64,000 bases of DNA from Stegostoma tigrinum (Eukaryota): positions 37,943,958 to 38,007,957 of the forward strand of contig NC_081362.1 of the NCBI RefSeq assembly GCF_030684315.1, given 5' to 3'. The notes below the pieces were generated by a model. It was not told where the DNA came from and ran no database searches. It saw only the letters and a program-made list of their open reading frames with translations. Position 1 is the stretch's first letter; every line of letters begins with the position of its first letter. The translations under genes were made by a program, and so were the position numbers. This document shows, in pieces, positions 25,025 to 37,550 of this stretch.

Positions 25025-26548
25025 ACACAGAAGTCATATCAGTCTTCCTGGGAGTCAACCCAAGGAAAGCAACAGGCTCGGATGGTGTCCCCAGCCAAGC
25101 ACTCAGATCCTGCGTGGACCAAATAGCGGAGGTGCTCACTAATATCTTCAACCTCTCCCTCCTACAAGCCAAAATCCCCACTTGCTTCAAGAAGACCACC
25201 ATTATCCACGTACCCAAGAAAATACATGCAGAATACCTTAATGCCTAGTGCCCAGTAACTCTGACTTCAATAATCATGAAATACTTAGGGGCACTGATCA
25301 TGGTCCACATTAACTCCAGTCTCCAACCCTGCCTCGACCTGTTACAATTTGCCTACCAACATAACGGGTCCACAGAGGACGCTATACCCCTAGTGCTGAA
25401 CTCACCTCTGGAACATCTGGACAATAATGACAACTACGTCAGACTCCTGCTTTGTTGACTACAGCTCTGTCTTTAACACTATTATCCACTCCAGACTGAT
25501 ATCAAAACTGCATGACCTTGGTCCTGGCTCTGCCCTCTGCAATTGGATCCACGGCTTTGTGACACATAGGTCACAATAAGTGAGGGTAGGTAACTGCAGC
25601 TCTTCCACAATAACACTCAACACTGGAGCACCCCCCCTCCCCAGGATGCATTCTCAGACCCCCTACTGTTCTCCGTGTACACCTACAACTGTATTGTCAA
25701 ATTCCAAATGAACACCACATACAAGTTTGTTGACGACACCACTGTAACGGGACAGATGTGACCTCAATGAGTCAAAATACAGAAGGGAGATAGAGGGTTG
25801 GTGACATGGTACAGCGAAAACAATCTGTCTTTCAGAAAAACTGAAGAACTGATCAGCAGCTTCAGAAAGCAAGGAAAAGAACAGATGCACACCCTCCCAT
25901 CCACCAATCTACATCACCGGCACGGAAGCGGAGAGGTTAAGTTTCTCAACTTTCATCAAGTTTCACAGGGTGATGGTAACCGATGAGCTGGACTGGATTT
26001 CCCATGTAAATACAACAGTCAGGGTGGCACAACAATGGCTCTTCATCCTCAGCTAGCTCAGAAAATTTGGCATGTCCATAAGGTCCCCCACCAACTTCTA
26101 CAGATGCACCAACGAAAGCACACTGTACGGGTGCATAATGGCCTGGTCTAGCAACTGCTCTGCCCAGGACCATAAGAAACGACCGAAGGCGGTGTGCACA
26201 GCCCAAATCATCACGCAAGCCAACGTTCCAGCCACGGAATCTATTCACAGGCTCACTGCCACGGAAAGGCAGCCAACATCATCAAAGACCCATCACACCC
26301 TGGTAATGATCTCCTATATCCTCTTCTGTCAGGCAGAAGATACACAAGCAGGTTCAGGAACACCTTCTTTCCAGCAGTTGGCAGATTGTTGAATGGACTC
26401 TAGCCTTAAATAACATAAACTGTATGATTAAGTCTTTTTGATCTGTACAGCCTGTGCTTGTTGTGATCTGCCTGCACTGCTTATTAACTAAGCTTTTCAC
26501 AGTATTTCAGTACATGGTGACAATAGATCAATCAAATCAAATCAAAAC
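25025..26548 (+). mobile_element. Rex1/Babar-clade LINE, 5'-truncated and disrupted
   Basis: VNPRKATGSDGVP...FKKTTII, LDLLQFAYQHN.STEDAI, NFYRCTNES..GCIMAW, IIKDPSHPG..LLSGRRY, RNTFFP; (atcaa)n tail. Confidence 0.88.
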
Positions 26549-29429
26549 TTAGTCTTGGTGTTAACTCAACTTGCAAAGGTGACTTTATTAACTCTCAAAA
26601 AAAATGAACACTTGATATGCTGAGGAATCTTTATGCACATCCTCATGGACTTAATTTTTTTTCCCTTTATGCATTCACAAGATTTGGATATCACCGGCTA
26701 AGCCAGCATTTATTGTCTATCCTTAGTTGCAATTGAACAGGTGGTTGTAAGCCACTTTCTGAAAAAGACTACAGTCCTACATGTAATAAAATAAAACTGC
26801 TAGCTTTCTGGACATACAATGAAAACAAATTAACTGCATATTCAGCAGCACAAGGTTTATTGTGTGCAGAGGTATATCAGTTGTTTTTTAAATAAACTTT
26901 TAATGTTAGCTTATTCCCCTTTTCTTGTGCAAACTTAAAGACAGTGACACCAAGGAAATTTGTGTTCCGTATGTGGCGTGGCTTTAAGTTTAATCGATGG
27001 GTGATGACAATTAAGGATATTGGTGAATTCTTCCAATTCAGCTTCTTTGAAAGTCCAAAACCCCTGTGTGTCATCTAAATATCTGAATCAGTTTTAAAAG
27101 ACTGTGGCTGTAAGAGGAGGTCAGCGGCTGAGAATTCTGTATTAAATACATTATCAGCAAACACTGCTGTTGGCTGTGTTACACTTGCAAGGTCCAGGGA
27201 TACACTTGCAGATACATGCAAGATCCTCTGCAAGTCAGACAAAGTGCTAGAACAATACCACCCTTCTTTTACCGTTGCTGGGTAAAAATCCTACACCAAC
27301 CCTATACCATGTGAAATATAGCAGTACAAAACAACAGCTCTATCAACTTTGCAAAGGCAATAAGGATGAGCAGTAACTGTTGGTTCAGTTAACACATCCC
27401 CTCCAACAAACATACAGACACACGCCCCAAGAGAATAAGAATTTGTATTAAAACAAAGGAATCCAGGTCATTTTTTAAAAAAAATGTACACTCTTCTTCC
27501 ACTCTGCCATGTACACAGTTGTAGAGGCTAAGAGAAATTTCTTATTTATGACTGTACTTTTGATTGAAACATAGAATTTGTTATTGCACTCGAAGTAATT
27601 CTTTGTTAAACCCAAGTGTAGTGACTATACTGTAGCTTCATCTGACCTGTCAGTCTGGGGAAGTTTATTTTGGACAGCCAACAAACATCTGTTTCTAAAT
27701 TTCTGTAGAGATGGCCAGATGCCTAGCTGAGAGAGCAAATGTGGATGCGGTGATGGTGTACAGAAGTCATGCACATCCCTCTCAACCAAGAGCCCAGTTG
27801 ATATTATCTTGTCCCTCATTTCAGTACCCCCTGTAGTTATTCTTCAGCATCCAATGTTTTGATATCACTACAAAGGTTTCTGTGTAATTGTTCTACATTA
27901 ACGGCGTCATTGCCCATTTTGTCACAGTAGCCATCTTAAAGAACATAAAACTTTACAATACAAAGTTATTGAGGTTCATTATGTCTTCAAATAATTTTGA
28001 ATGTGTGCTTTAAAGGAAGGAAATCAGCCATTATATGCGGTTATACATATGACCCTAGATCCATAGCAATGTGCTAGACATTTAACTGCCCTCCAGAAAG
28101 GCATAGCAAGACACTCAGTTCGATGGCAATTACAGACAGACAACAAATTCCAGCCTTCCCAACAACACCCACATTTGGAAAGACAATTTCTTTGAAAGAT
28201 AAGGATGCAGAAATTACTACGTCAAAGAAAAATATTCCAATAGTTCAGACGGCACTAATGTGACTTGGGAACTGGATTAGAGATTTCAAATAAAAAAACG
28301 TTGGTAATATTGAAAGACAACTTAATAAACCAAACACAAAGTCTATAATTACTTAAGCTTATTTGTTTGGATCCAAATTTTAGAATGGACAAATGACAAA
28401 GGCAAGAAAATTTTTTTTGGTGACCTATGAGGAACGACAAAACAGTTTCATTGCATGGCAAAGGTGGTAGCTTATAAACATGAACCACTGTCCTTTTATT
28501 GTTGTAGGGTAACAGATCATCACTATCTTCTCATGTGCAATATATACTGGCCTGGTCAATAATTGTCCACAGCCCAGTAATAAAGCTATCAAAAAGCCAG
28601 TTAGCACTGATTAGAGTACCACCTAGTGGTACTATTAGATAATAGAAGTTAACATTAATCTGAAACGTAATGCATTAGGTGAGTATCACATATTTGATTA
28701 TTTACTTACACAATAATAACTTAATTATTTTCAGTAATTAACTTCTGCAGTTGGCTATTTTAAACCCATCATGCCAAACTTTGCATACATTGGAATAGTG
28801 CTTGCATTTGCTGTCAATATGCGAATGAAACTGGTAATTTTAGATTCCACACACCTCAGAAATCAACACATCGTGACCAGTGATTTTACACTTCATATAA
28901 GGCAACAGCCCCCAACTTCTCCCATACGCCTCCTAACTAGCAATCCCATGATGAAAGGCAATTGAGCCATTGAGAACTTCCACTCTCAAATATTAGGCAA
29001 ACTCATGAGAAGTTTTTACCTGTTGCATGATATACAACTGAATTTTTAAAGGTTTATTAACTTTCTAACCATGGCTAAACACCTTCGCCAGCCACATTAA
29101 CTTTACTGCAGAAAGCCAAAATTCCCCAATTTCTTTCCTGAGCATTGACAAGTGAATACATTTTACCACTGCTCAAAATTCAACATGATTTTATTTAGTA
29201 TGTGTGTCTGTGCACAACCTATTGCTAGTTTTCTGCCATTACTATAATTCTTAAAGGCATTACATCTCACTTCTTCACTAAACATGTATTTTAATTTCTT
29301 TAAGACAACGTTTTATTACTGTATCTGTTTGTCATCAGGTGGATTAAGAGATTTATTCTGAAGCCCTTTACAGGAGCTTCTTCTAATCAAGTTAATTTCT
29401 ATAAAAGATCCTGTATGTAACAATAAGGA

Positions 29430-30545
29430 CGTCAATAAAGTATTTGACAAGAGCCCTCATGGTAGACTGGTTAGCAAGGTTAGATCAGACAGAATAGAAA
29501 GAGAACTAGCTATGTGGATACAGAACTGGGTTGAAGGTGGATGGTGATAGGTGGTTGCTTTTCACACTGGAGGCCTGTGCCACAAGGACAAGTGCTGGGT
29601 TCACTTACATTATTTACATAAATGATTCGGATGTGAATATACAGAGGCATGGTTAGTAAGTTTGCAGATGACACTAAAATTGGAGGTGTAATGGACAGCT
29701 AGGAGGTAACCTGAGTACAATGGGATCTTGATCAGATGGGCCAATGGGCTGAGGAGTGGCACACTGAGTTTAACTTAGACAAATGTGAGGTGCTGTGTTT
29801 TAGAAAGGCAAATCAGGGCAGAACTTATGCACTTAATGGTAAGGTCCTGAGGAGTGCTGCTAAACAGAGAGACCTAAGAGTGCAGGCTCATAATTCCTTG
29901 TAAGTGGGGTTGAAGATAGATAGGACAGTGAAGGCAGCTTTTGGTATGCTTGCCTTTAATGGTCAGTACATTGAGTATAGGAGTTGGGAGGTCACGTTGC
30001 AGTTGTACAAGACATTGGTTCGGCCACTTCGGTGTACTGCATGCAATTGTAGTCTGCCTGCTATAGGAAAGATGGCGTGAAACGTGAAAGGGTTCAGGAA
30101 AGATTTATGAGGATGTTGTGGGCTTAGAGGGTTTGAGCTATATAGCGAGGGTGAATAAGCCGGGGCTAATTTCCCTTGAGAGTTGGAGGCTGAGTGACCT
30201 TACAGAGATTTATAAAATCGTATGAGACATGGATAGGGTAAATAGCAAGGTCTTTACCCCGGGATAGGGGAGTCGAAAAGTAGTGGGCATGGGCTTAAGG
30301 TGAGGGGACAAGGATATACAAGGGATCCAAGTGGCAACTGCGTCAAGCAGAGGGTGGTGCATACATGGAATGAGCTGCCAGAGAAAGTGGTGGAGGCTGG
30401 TACGATTACAACATTTCAAAGGCATCTAGATGGGTATATGAATAGGAAGGGTTTAGAGGGATGTGTGTCAAATAGGATTAGATTTATATAGGATATCTGA
30501 TCCGCATACATGAGTTGGACCGAAGGGTCTGTTTCCATGCTGAAT
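29430..30545 (+). mobile_element. HER1/CR1 LINE, 5'-truncated
   Basis: agtaagtttgcagatgacactaaa (SKFADDTK), WNELPEKVVEA, and 3' UTR gaccgaagggtctgtttcc. Confidence 0.9.
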
Positions 30546-31974
30546 ATCCCATTAACTCTAGCAACCAGATGTGCAGAAATTAATGCAAAGGCGCTTGCAG
30601 CATAAAAGCACTCGAAGTGTGAAAAATTTAAATGAGTACTTTGTAGCAATTGAAAATCAAACTCCTATTGCCCTTCCATTGCAGAATTCACACATTTAAG
30701 TGCTGTTTATCACCTTGCAGCTTTTTTATCATAGGACTTTTGGTAAATAAAGGCATTTGCCAGCAGCAGAGGGATCCATCAGTTTTAGTTTTCAGTAGAC
30801 AATTTAGCAAGTTGCAAATAAACAAACAGCGGCAATTTGAATTCACTCCAGGCTATCCTTTTTTTAAAAAAAAGTAATACTTTTGAATATCTTCTTCATG
30901 ATTCGTGTTAATATTTTAGAGGTAATCTTTAGTATTGGGGAAAATTATTGCTACAAAAGCAAGGTAATGAAAATGCTGGGCTCCAGTGATTGTCAAAACA
31001 AGTTACCCACAATTATTTAGTCAGATAGAGATGGAAATATAAAATACAGGTGGTTGTACTTAACTGGAGAAAGCATAAATATGAGAAAATGAACTTAAAA
31101 GGTCAGTTTGAGGTTGGCTCAGAGAAACTATGTCAGCAGAGAGATGGGTAGTGCTTAGGCAGGCTCTCTGGTTTCAATTTCTGGATGTTTGCTGGGAGAC
31201 ATTTAAGCCACAGTTTGGACTCCATATATTTTGCAGCTCACCAAGAGGATGTTTGCTAAAACAAACTACTAGCTACATCTTCAATGCAAGCAGAATAAAA
31301 AAAAATCACCACTGAGTGCATGGAAGAGGGAGGTTTATTCTCAGATTTAGTCTTAAGAGGAACAGAGGTGGGAGACTGCCTGGAAATGATAATGGGACAA
31401 ACCACAGTGGGCCACACATCATCATATTGCAAAAGAAAGCAAAGTAGCTTGGAAATATTGGCAAAGGAATCAGAGCATGAGTTCGAAGTCTCTGCAGTTA
31501 CAAAAAAAAAGTAAATAATACTTTTATCAGAGAATAGCTGGAGCTCAAGAAGATTCTACTGAGGATGTGACCTACCCATGGTGGTTCCTACAGAAGTAGG
31601 AAGGTTGATTTGTCTCGTAACAGAAATCTCAGAGGAAATTGAAGCAAACTTGGTGCATAATACATACGATTACGAGCCATACCATCAGTTTAATAGCGCT
31701 TGGTTAAGGCATTTACACACAAATAAGTTTGTCTTGTTAAAGAAAGCATGAAACCTTGTGGCATCATTCTATTGGCTAAACTAGCATTCAGCCATCTTTT
31801 CATACATTAACAGTCCTTAGCTGGGTCACAACACATCAAAAAAAAATCTCAAGTTGGCAGTAAAGGAGGAGAGACCATTGTCTTTCATCAATGTTTTCAT
31901 TAAAACAATCCCAAACAAATCCCACTCTCATGTCTTCTCACAGTCTTCATTTAGTTCTGCTTGGGAAGCATCTG

Positions 31975-32890
31975 GGACCTTAGTGTACATGTACATCAGT
32001 CCCTTAAGGTAGTGGGACAGGCAGATAAAATGATTTAAGGTTGCATATGTGAAACTTGCCTTTACTAGCCAAAGCATAGAGTTTAATAGCAGGGAAGTAA
32101 TATTAGAACTGTATAAAACATTGATTGGGCCACAGGTAGAATAGTGCAGTGTTCTGGAATCCACATGACAGAAGGGATGTGATGGCACTGGAGAAGGTAT
32201 AGAGATTTACCAGGATGTTGCCTTGGCTGAAGAGTTATAGTCATGGAGAGAGATTGGATTGACTGCGATAGTAACTGCCAATGCTGGAGAATCTGAGATA
32301 ACACAGTGTGAAGCTGGATGAACACAGTAGGCCAAGCCGCATCAGAGGAGCCGGAAAGTTTGACATTTCAGGTCGAGACCACTCTTCAGAAAAAAATAAA
32401 GAAGGGTATCGACCTGAAACGTCAAACTTTCCTGCTCCTCTGATGCTGCTTGGCCTACTGTGTTCATCCAGCTTCACACCTTGTTAAATTGGGTAGACTG
32501 GGGTTGCTTGCCTTGGAGCAGGAGATCAAGAAAGAACACGATTGAAATATATAAAATTCTGAGGAGTATAAGCAAGAGTAGATGAAAAGAAAACTTTCCA
32601 CTTTGTGGAGGGATCAGTGACTAGGAGACACAAATGTCAGGTAAGGGGCAGGTTTAGAGGGGATGTGAGGAAAAGACTTTTCACCCAGAGACTGATGGGA
32701 ATCTGGAACACTTCGCCTGTACGGGTGGTAGATGTAGAAACCGTGAACATTCAACAAGTATTTTAGATCACCTTTTGCGATGTCAGGGCATACAAAGTTA
32801 ATGGGTCAAGTGCCGGAAATGGGATTAGCATAGTTAGGTAGTTGATTTTGACAGGAGCAGACACGATGGATTGAAGGGTTTTTTCTATGG
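31975..32890 (+). mobile_element. CR1-type LINE 3' part interrupted by a PLE palindrome
   Basis: LELYKTLI.PQVE and RFTRMLP motifs; the sequence resumes after 32488. Confidence 0.8.
32266..32487. mobile_element. Palindromic PLE-derived insert (family A variant)
   Basis: Inverted arms; degenerate TSD attggattgactg / attgggtagactg. Confidence 0.85.
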
Positions 32891-33244
32891 TGCAGATCTG
32901 CATAACTCTAACTCTGAGATATGGTAAATTACCTGATTATATCCCAAGAGCAAAAGTGATCACAGAGAACTCAAACAAACATGTAACACTTTTGAATATC
33001 TTCTTCATGACTCATGTTAATATTTTAGTGGTAATGTTTAGTAATGGGAAAATTATTGCTACAAAGGCAAGGAAATGAAAATACTGGGCTCCAGTGATTG
33101 CCAAATGCTTACAAATATCATCTAAACTCCATGACTATTTCCTTGCTCTATTAGCACTTGCCAAAATTCTTGTATTTTAAAGCTTTACTGATGTCAACAA
33201 TACTTTCAGATTACAACCAATAGTTATATAAAGTTTAGTGTTTT

Positions 33245-33788
33245 TGAGATATTAATGGGATAATTTCCCATTAACTGTTATTACACAGGGTTTTGTGGAA
33301 ACTGTCTTAAACTTCCTGCCCGAATAGGATTGGATGGGAAACGTTTGTAAAGGTGAGATTTCTGTAAATCTGTAAAGGGGTGAAACTTTTGTAAAGGTAT
33401 GAAACTTCTGTTTTTATTGAAGTGGCCAGGTCAGTGACCCTTGTTCAAGCCAGACAATTCGGCGGCTTGTAGCCGCATTCTGTCACTTCGGCGACTTGAA
33501 ATCACATCCTGTCGTTATCAGTCACTTCACAAATGATCAATGCTGTATCCTGTTCTCTTTATGTTCCAAGTAATTGTTTTATGTAAAAGCAAAATCATAA
33601 TAAAAAGCAGGGAATGTCCGCTGTTTGGGGAGAATCGCTTATGAAACTCAGCGCTCTATGCCGGGTTGAGTACAGCGATCCTCCACAGCTTGTACTTGCT
33701 TAATAATAAAGGATTGTGTTTTTGTCGCCAGGTCAGTGTCTAGCTATTGCATCAAGCCCGTGAGGGTCTCCGAAAAACAAACCTAACA
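33245..33788 (+). mobile_element. Probable solo LTR (ERV-like), 544 bp
   Basis: TG...CA termini with tttt on both sides (4-bp TSD), short direct repeats (gaaac.tttgtaaagg) in the U3-like part, a TATA-like ataaaa near 33600, AATAAA at 33705-33710, and CpG-rich relative to the flanks. Confidence 0.65.
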
Positions 33789-33792
33789 TTTT

Positions 33793-34140
33793 AGCAAAGA
33801 GCTGTAGTTCAGGTTGTGGCTGGAGTTGTCGGTTGGTTTGCCTCGGTGACTGGTTTTTGTGTAAACATTTTGTTCCCCTGTGGCAAGCAAGATACAGGAC
33901 AGACGAGCAAAAAAGTCGCCACCAGGATACATGAACACAAACTTGCAGCAAAACGACACATTCAACTTGTCCTTCTTTGTTAGGATGAAGAGAAAGGAGG
34001 GAAATCAGTTTAGTTGGGGGAACTTAACAGTACTAGGACAAGCAAAACAAAGTACAAGAATTTCTGGAAGCATGGTCTTCAACAAATGATGCCATAAACA
34101 AACATGTTGGAATAGACGCCATCTACATAATACTACATAG
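33793..34140. mobile_element. PLE remnant (family C-like tail plus inverted GIY-YIG piece)
   Basis: ctgtagttcaggttg tail as at 40280, and FSWGNLTVLGQAKQ / EFLEAW-like sequence. Confidence 0.65.
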
Positions 34141-35256
34141 TGTATAACAACTGCATTTATATAAGCAATAACCATTCTCGATAACAGAGCTGCTACTTTC
34201 CAGTACATTTTATTTCTGCAAATGGTTTTACATACACATTTTTACAGGTTTCAGAATATTGAAGAGAATTACTTAAACAGGAGAAAAGTAGTCAAATGTT
34301 GAACATATAGGAACCAGCTCAGATGCAGTTTTGATGAAGTTATTGTAGAAAGGTGAACCAGAATCTCCAATAATTTTTGTTTTAAAATTATCCTGCTTCC
34401 AGCATTGTTTTTTTTAAGTTCCAATTAAAATGAAATGCTTAATTTGAAAAAAGCTTTTCCGGATGTGCTAAAGCTTCATGCTAAAGTCTCTCCGGCGTTC
34501 CATGACATGTCCGCCATAAACCTGGTTTTGTCAGTAGTTCTCTGCAGTTTCTGGTCAACCTTTATATACCCTTTCGTAAAGTTGTTGATATGAAGCCTGG
34601 CACAACTTTATGATCAGTATATACAGAATTAAAGAACACAGGCCTCCAGAGATATGTGTTTCACCAAGAATACCCAGGCAAGAAAATTACCTGCAGTGCC
34701 ATGGAATAATTAGATTAGTTCTTTGAAATCATTCTTTGTTGCTAATGCTGCAAATTCAACATCTTATCGTCAACTAGCTTCATCTTAAGTTGAGATGAAG
34801 TTAACGCTCAGGTTCTAAAACTCTCCAAATTTATTGGGGAAAATGAGGAGATCTGCATTATTATATCAATTAACAGAGAACATTTCTGTTTGCTAAAACC
34901 GTCTTATTAATTCTTTAGTCTGCAGTCATCTTAATTGTACTACTCAATTACAAGGTTACGTGATCATTTATGAACTTTTTTTTCCTTCAGTACGAACAGT
35001 TCAAGCTCTTGATCTCAAAGGTTGGCCTTAGACCTCCAGCAGGTACTAACTAATCATGCAACCTCAAAATTACTTTACTGCAGAAGTCCCTTGATAAAAA
35101 CAAGTCTCCAAACAACTCAATGGTTCTATCGAAAGACAGAGGCTTCATTATGAACCAAATGAGTTAGTCACTCCACTAATTTCAAACGAGACGAAAGCTG
35201 TACATAGTTCTCCAGATGTAGTTTCACCAGGGCCTTGCACAGTTGCTGAGAAACAT

Positions 35257-36460
35257 GAGATGATGGGAACTGCAGATGCTAGAGAATCCAAGATAACAAA
35301 GTGTGGAGCTGGATGAACACAGCAGGCCAAGCAGCATCTTAGGAGCACAAAAGCTGGCGTTTCAGGCATAGCCCCTTCATCAGAGAGGGGGATGGGGAGA
35401 GGGTTCTGAAACAAATAGCGGGGGGGAGAGAGGCGGACCAAAGATGGATAGAGAAGATAGGTGGAGAGGAGAGCATAGGTGGGCAGGTAGGGAGGGGATA
35501 GGTCAGTCCGGGGAGGACAGACAGGTCAAGGGGGCGGGATGAGGTTAGTAGGTAGGAAATGGAGGTGCGGTTTGAGGTGGGAGGAGATCGGTGAGAGGGA
35601 GAACAGGTTAGGGAGGCGGGGATGAGCTGGGCTGGTTTTGAGATGCGGTGGGGGAGGACAGATTTTGAAGCTTGTGAAGTCCACATTGATACCATTGGGC
35701 TGCAGGGTTCCCAAGCGGAATATGAGTGTTGCTGGCAATGTAGTATATTGCATCCACTGTACCCGCTGTGGCTTCCTCTACATTGGGGAAACCAAGCGGA
35801 GGCTTGGGGACTGCTTTGCAGAACACCACCACTCAGTTCGCAATAAACAACTGTACCATTTTAACTACCCCTCCCATTCCTTAGACGACATGTCCATCGT
35901 GCGTCTCCTGCAGTGCCACAATGGTGCCACCCGAAGGTTACAGTCACAGCAACTCCTATTCAGCTTGGGAACCCTGCAGTCCAATGGTAACTACGTGGAC
36001 TTCACAAGCTTCAAAATCTCCCCTCCCCCAACTGCATCCCAAAACCAGCCCAGCTCGTCCCCTCCCCCGGCTGCATCCCAAAACCAGCCCAGCTCGTCCC
36101 CTCCCCCCACTGCATCCCAAAACCAGCCCAGCTCATCCCTGCCTCCCTAACTTGTTCTTCCTTTCACCTGTCCCCTCCTCCCACCTCAAGCCACACCTCC
36201 ATTTCCTATCTACTAACCTCATCCTGCCCCCTTGAACTGTCCATCCTCCCCGGACTGACCTATCCCCTCCCTACCTGCCCACCTATACTCTCCTCTCCAT
36301 CTATCTTCTCCTCTATCCATCTTCGGTCTGCTTCCCCCCCTCTCCCTAGTTATTTCAGAACCCTCTCCGAAGGAGGATCTAGGCCCGAAATGTCAGCTTT
36401 TGAGCTCCTAAGATGCTGTTTGGTCTGCTGTATTCATCCAGCTCCACACTTTGTTATCTT
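35257..36460. mobile_element. 1.2-kb inverted-repeat Penelope-like (Neptune-type) insert with GIY-YIG remnant in the loop
   Basis: NVVYCIHCTRCGFLYIGETKRRL..F.EH; arms of about 450 bp; TSD tgc(t/a)gagaaacat at 35244-35256 and 36462-36474. Confidence 0.93.
36022..36140 (+). repeat. 39-bp minisatellite x3 within the PLE 3' region
   Basis: ctgcatcccaaaaccagcccagctcgtcccctccccc repeats; similar array at 55280-55390. Confidence 0.9.
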
Positions 36461-37219
36461 ATGCAGAGAAACATCCCTACTTTTATGATCTAATATCCTT
36501 CCAATAAATGCCAACATTCCTCTGGCCTTTGTAACTGCATACTAACTTTGTGTGATTCAGGTACCAGGACACAGAAATCGCTCTATCATCAAGTTAAAGT
36601 CATATCAGAGTCATAAAGGTCTGCAGCACAAAGGCTCATTATGTCCACTCCAGTCAAAACCACAATAAAGCAATTCTGATCCCACTTTCCACCAGTTAGG
36701 CCATAGCCTTGCATGCCTTGGCGTCGCAGGCACTCACCAGAATATTTATCAAATCTTGAGGATTTTTGCCTCTACAAGTCTGGGTGAAAAAATTCTCTTC
36801 ACATCTATTGTTTTTCTAACCATCCTACCAGAGTGAAAAAGTTCATATTTTACCACATCATGTTTAATCTTCCAATCTTTTGCCTACTTAGTTAACCAAT
36901 CTATTTTTCTTGTAAGCGCTTTACCTCATTACGGGAAATTACCTGTTTCTTAAATCAAAATCACCAATGTGCTGTTAATGGCTGGCTGAGCCAGCGACAC
37001 CCAGATGATATGAACGAGTGTTAAAATAAAAACCTGAGCACTGTCTATCCATGAGACTCCACTAGCTACAGATTGCCAACTCAAAAACAATATCGTCAGC
37101 TAGTCAATCATTTATGCACCCACACCCCCAACCCAAAATGTTCCCTTATTTTGAATAGTGACCTTTGATATAGCACCTTATCAAAGGCTCCATGAAAACT
37201 TAATTAGAATACATCTAGA

Positions 37220-37550
37220 GGTGACATGGTGGTTCAGTGGTTAGCACTGATGTCTTACAGCGCCAGGACCCAGGCTTGATTCATCCGGGCAACTGTCTGT
37301 CTGGAGTTTGCACATTCTGTCCCTGACTGTGTGGGTTTCTGCCAGGTATTCCAGTTTCCTCACACAGTCCAAAGATGTGCAGACTAGGTGGACTGGCCAT
37401 GCTAAATTGTCCAATGTGTTCAGGAATGTCTAGATTAGGCAGATTACAGGGAAAGGATAGGGTGATGGATCTGGGTGGGATGCTCTGAAGGTCAGTGAGG
37501 ACTTGATGGGCCAAAGGGGCTGTTTCTACACAGCAGTGATTCCATGATTC
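37220..37550 (+). mobile_element. HE1 SINE, full length
   Basis: A box tggttcagtgg, HE1 core and tail. Confidence 0.9.

Larger units (their letters stand above)
30874..33105. repeat. Dispersed direct repeat of about 124 bp (30874-30997 and 32983-33105)
   Basis: Manual alignment gives about 10 substitutions and 1 indel. Confidence 0.9.

Noticed and set aside
34778-34800. Short hairpin cttcatctta-agt-tgagatgaag
   Set aside because: An isolated 10-bp stem with no supporting context.
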